From: a virus
Taxonomy: Duplodnaviria; Caudoviricetes
Virus record (IMG/VR): IMGVR_UViG_3300008116_000041
Location: 828-64,827 of that record
Direction: 5' to 3' (one strand)
Length of the DNA stretch: 64,000 nucleotides
In this document: in pieces, positions 63,995-64,000 of the stretch
Position numbering within the stretch: position 1 is the stretch's first letter
Layout: each line of letters begins with the position of its first letter
The notes under the pieces: generated by a model
Told to the model about the DNA's origin: nothing
The model's input: the letters and a program-made list of their open reading frames with translations, nothing else
The model's database searches: none
Position numbers and translations under genes: made by a program

Positions 63995-64000
63995 CCAAGA

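Noticed and set aside
1-64000. Stop-codon reassignment as in some large Bacteroidota/gut phages
   Set aside because: Standard code gives long intact ORFs at high density, and TAA, TAG and TGA all end genes at expected positions.

Overview
AT-rich window from a large T4-like (contractile-tailed) dsDNA bacteriophage, most likely infecting Bacteroidota (TTTG-N19-21-TAnnTTTG promoters, no obvious Shine-Dalgarno sites, SprB-like repeats). Most genes are on the minus strand. From left to right: fibre/baseplate-periphery genes (including a Pro/Thr mucin-like protein and an SprB-repeat protein); baseplate wedge gp6/gp25; an inserted replication block (class II RNR NrdJ, DnaB-like helicase, 5'-3' exonuclease, RecA/UvsX, gp32-like SSB); giant hub and tube-initiator proteins; tape measure; a frameshifting tail chaperone; tube, sheath and neck genes; a plus-strand SET methyltransferase-SNF2 helicase-SOD fusion-gp13 block; family B DNA polymerase; and a four-gene glycosyltransferase cluster next to a Gly-Thr-Ser repeat fibre gene. 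No capsid, portal, terminase, tRNA or CRISPR array was seen. The leading hypothesis is a phage-encoded mucin-type virion O-glycosylation system: a GT60 initiating enzyme plus GT25 and two WlaTC/HtrL enzymes, with candidate substrates (Pro/Thr mucin domain, GTS repeats, and a recurrent [S/T]-[G/A]-x-[S/T] motif concentrated in virion proteins). Other highlights: a probable late promoter TATTTAT(N) that is the reverse complement of the T4 late promoter, a MnSOD/PD-(D/E)XK polyprotein with prohead-protease-like sites, a vSET-like methyltransferase coupled to a SMARCAL1-like ATPase, a UUU_UUU_CGU +1 frameshift site, and structured RNA leaders before polB, nrdJ and sod. All family calls come from motif recognition by eye; no database search was run.
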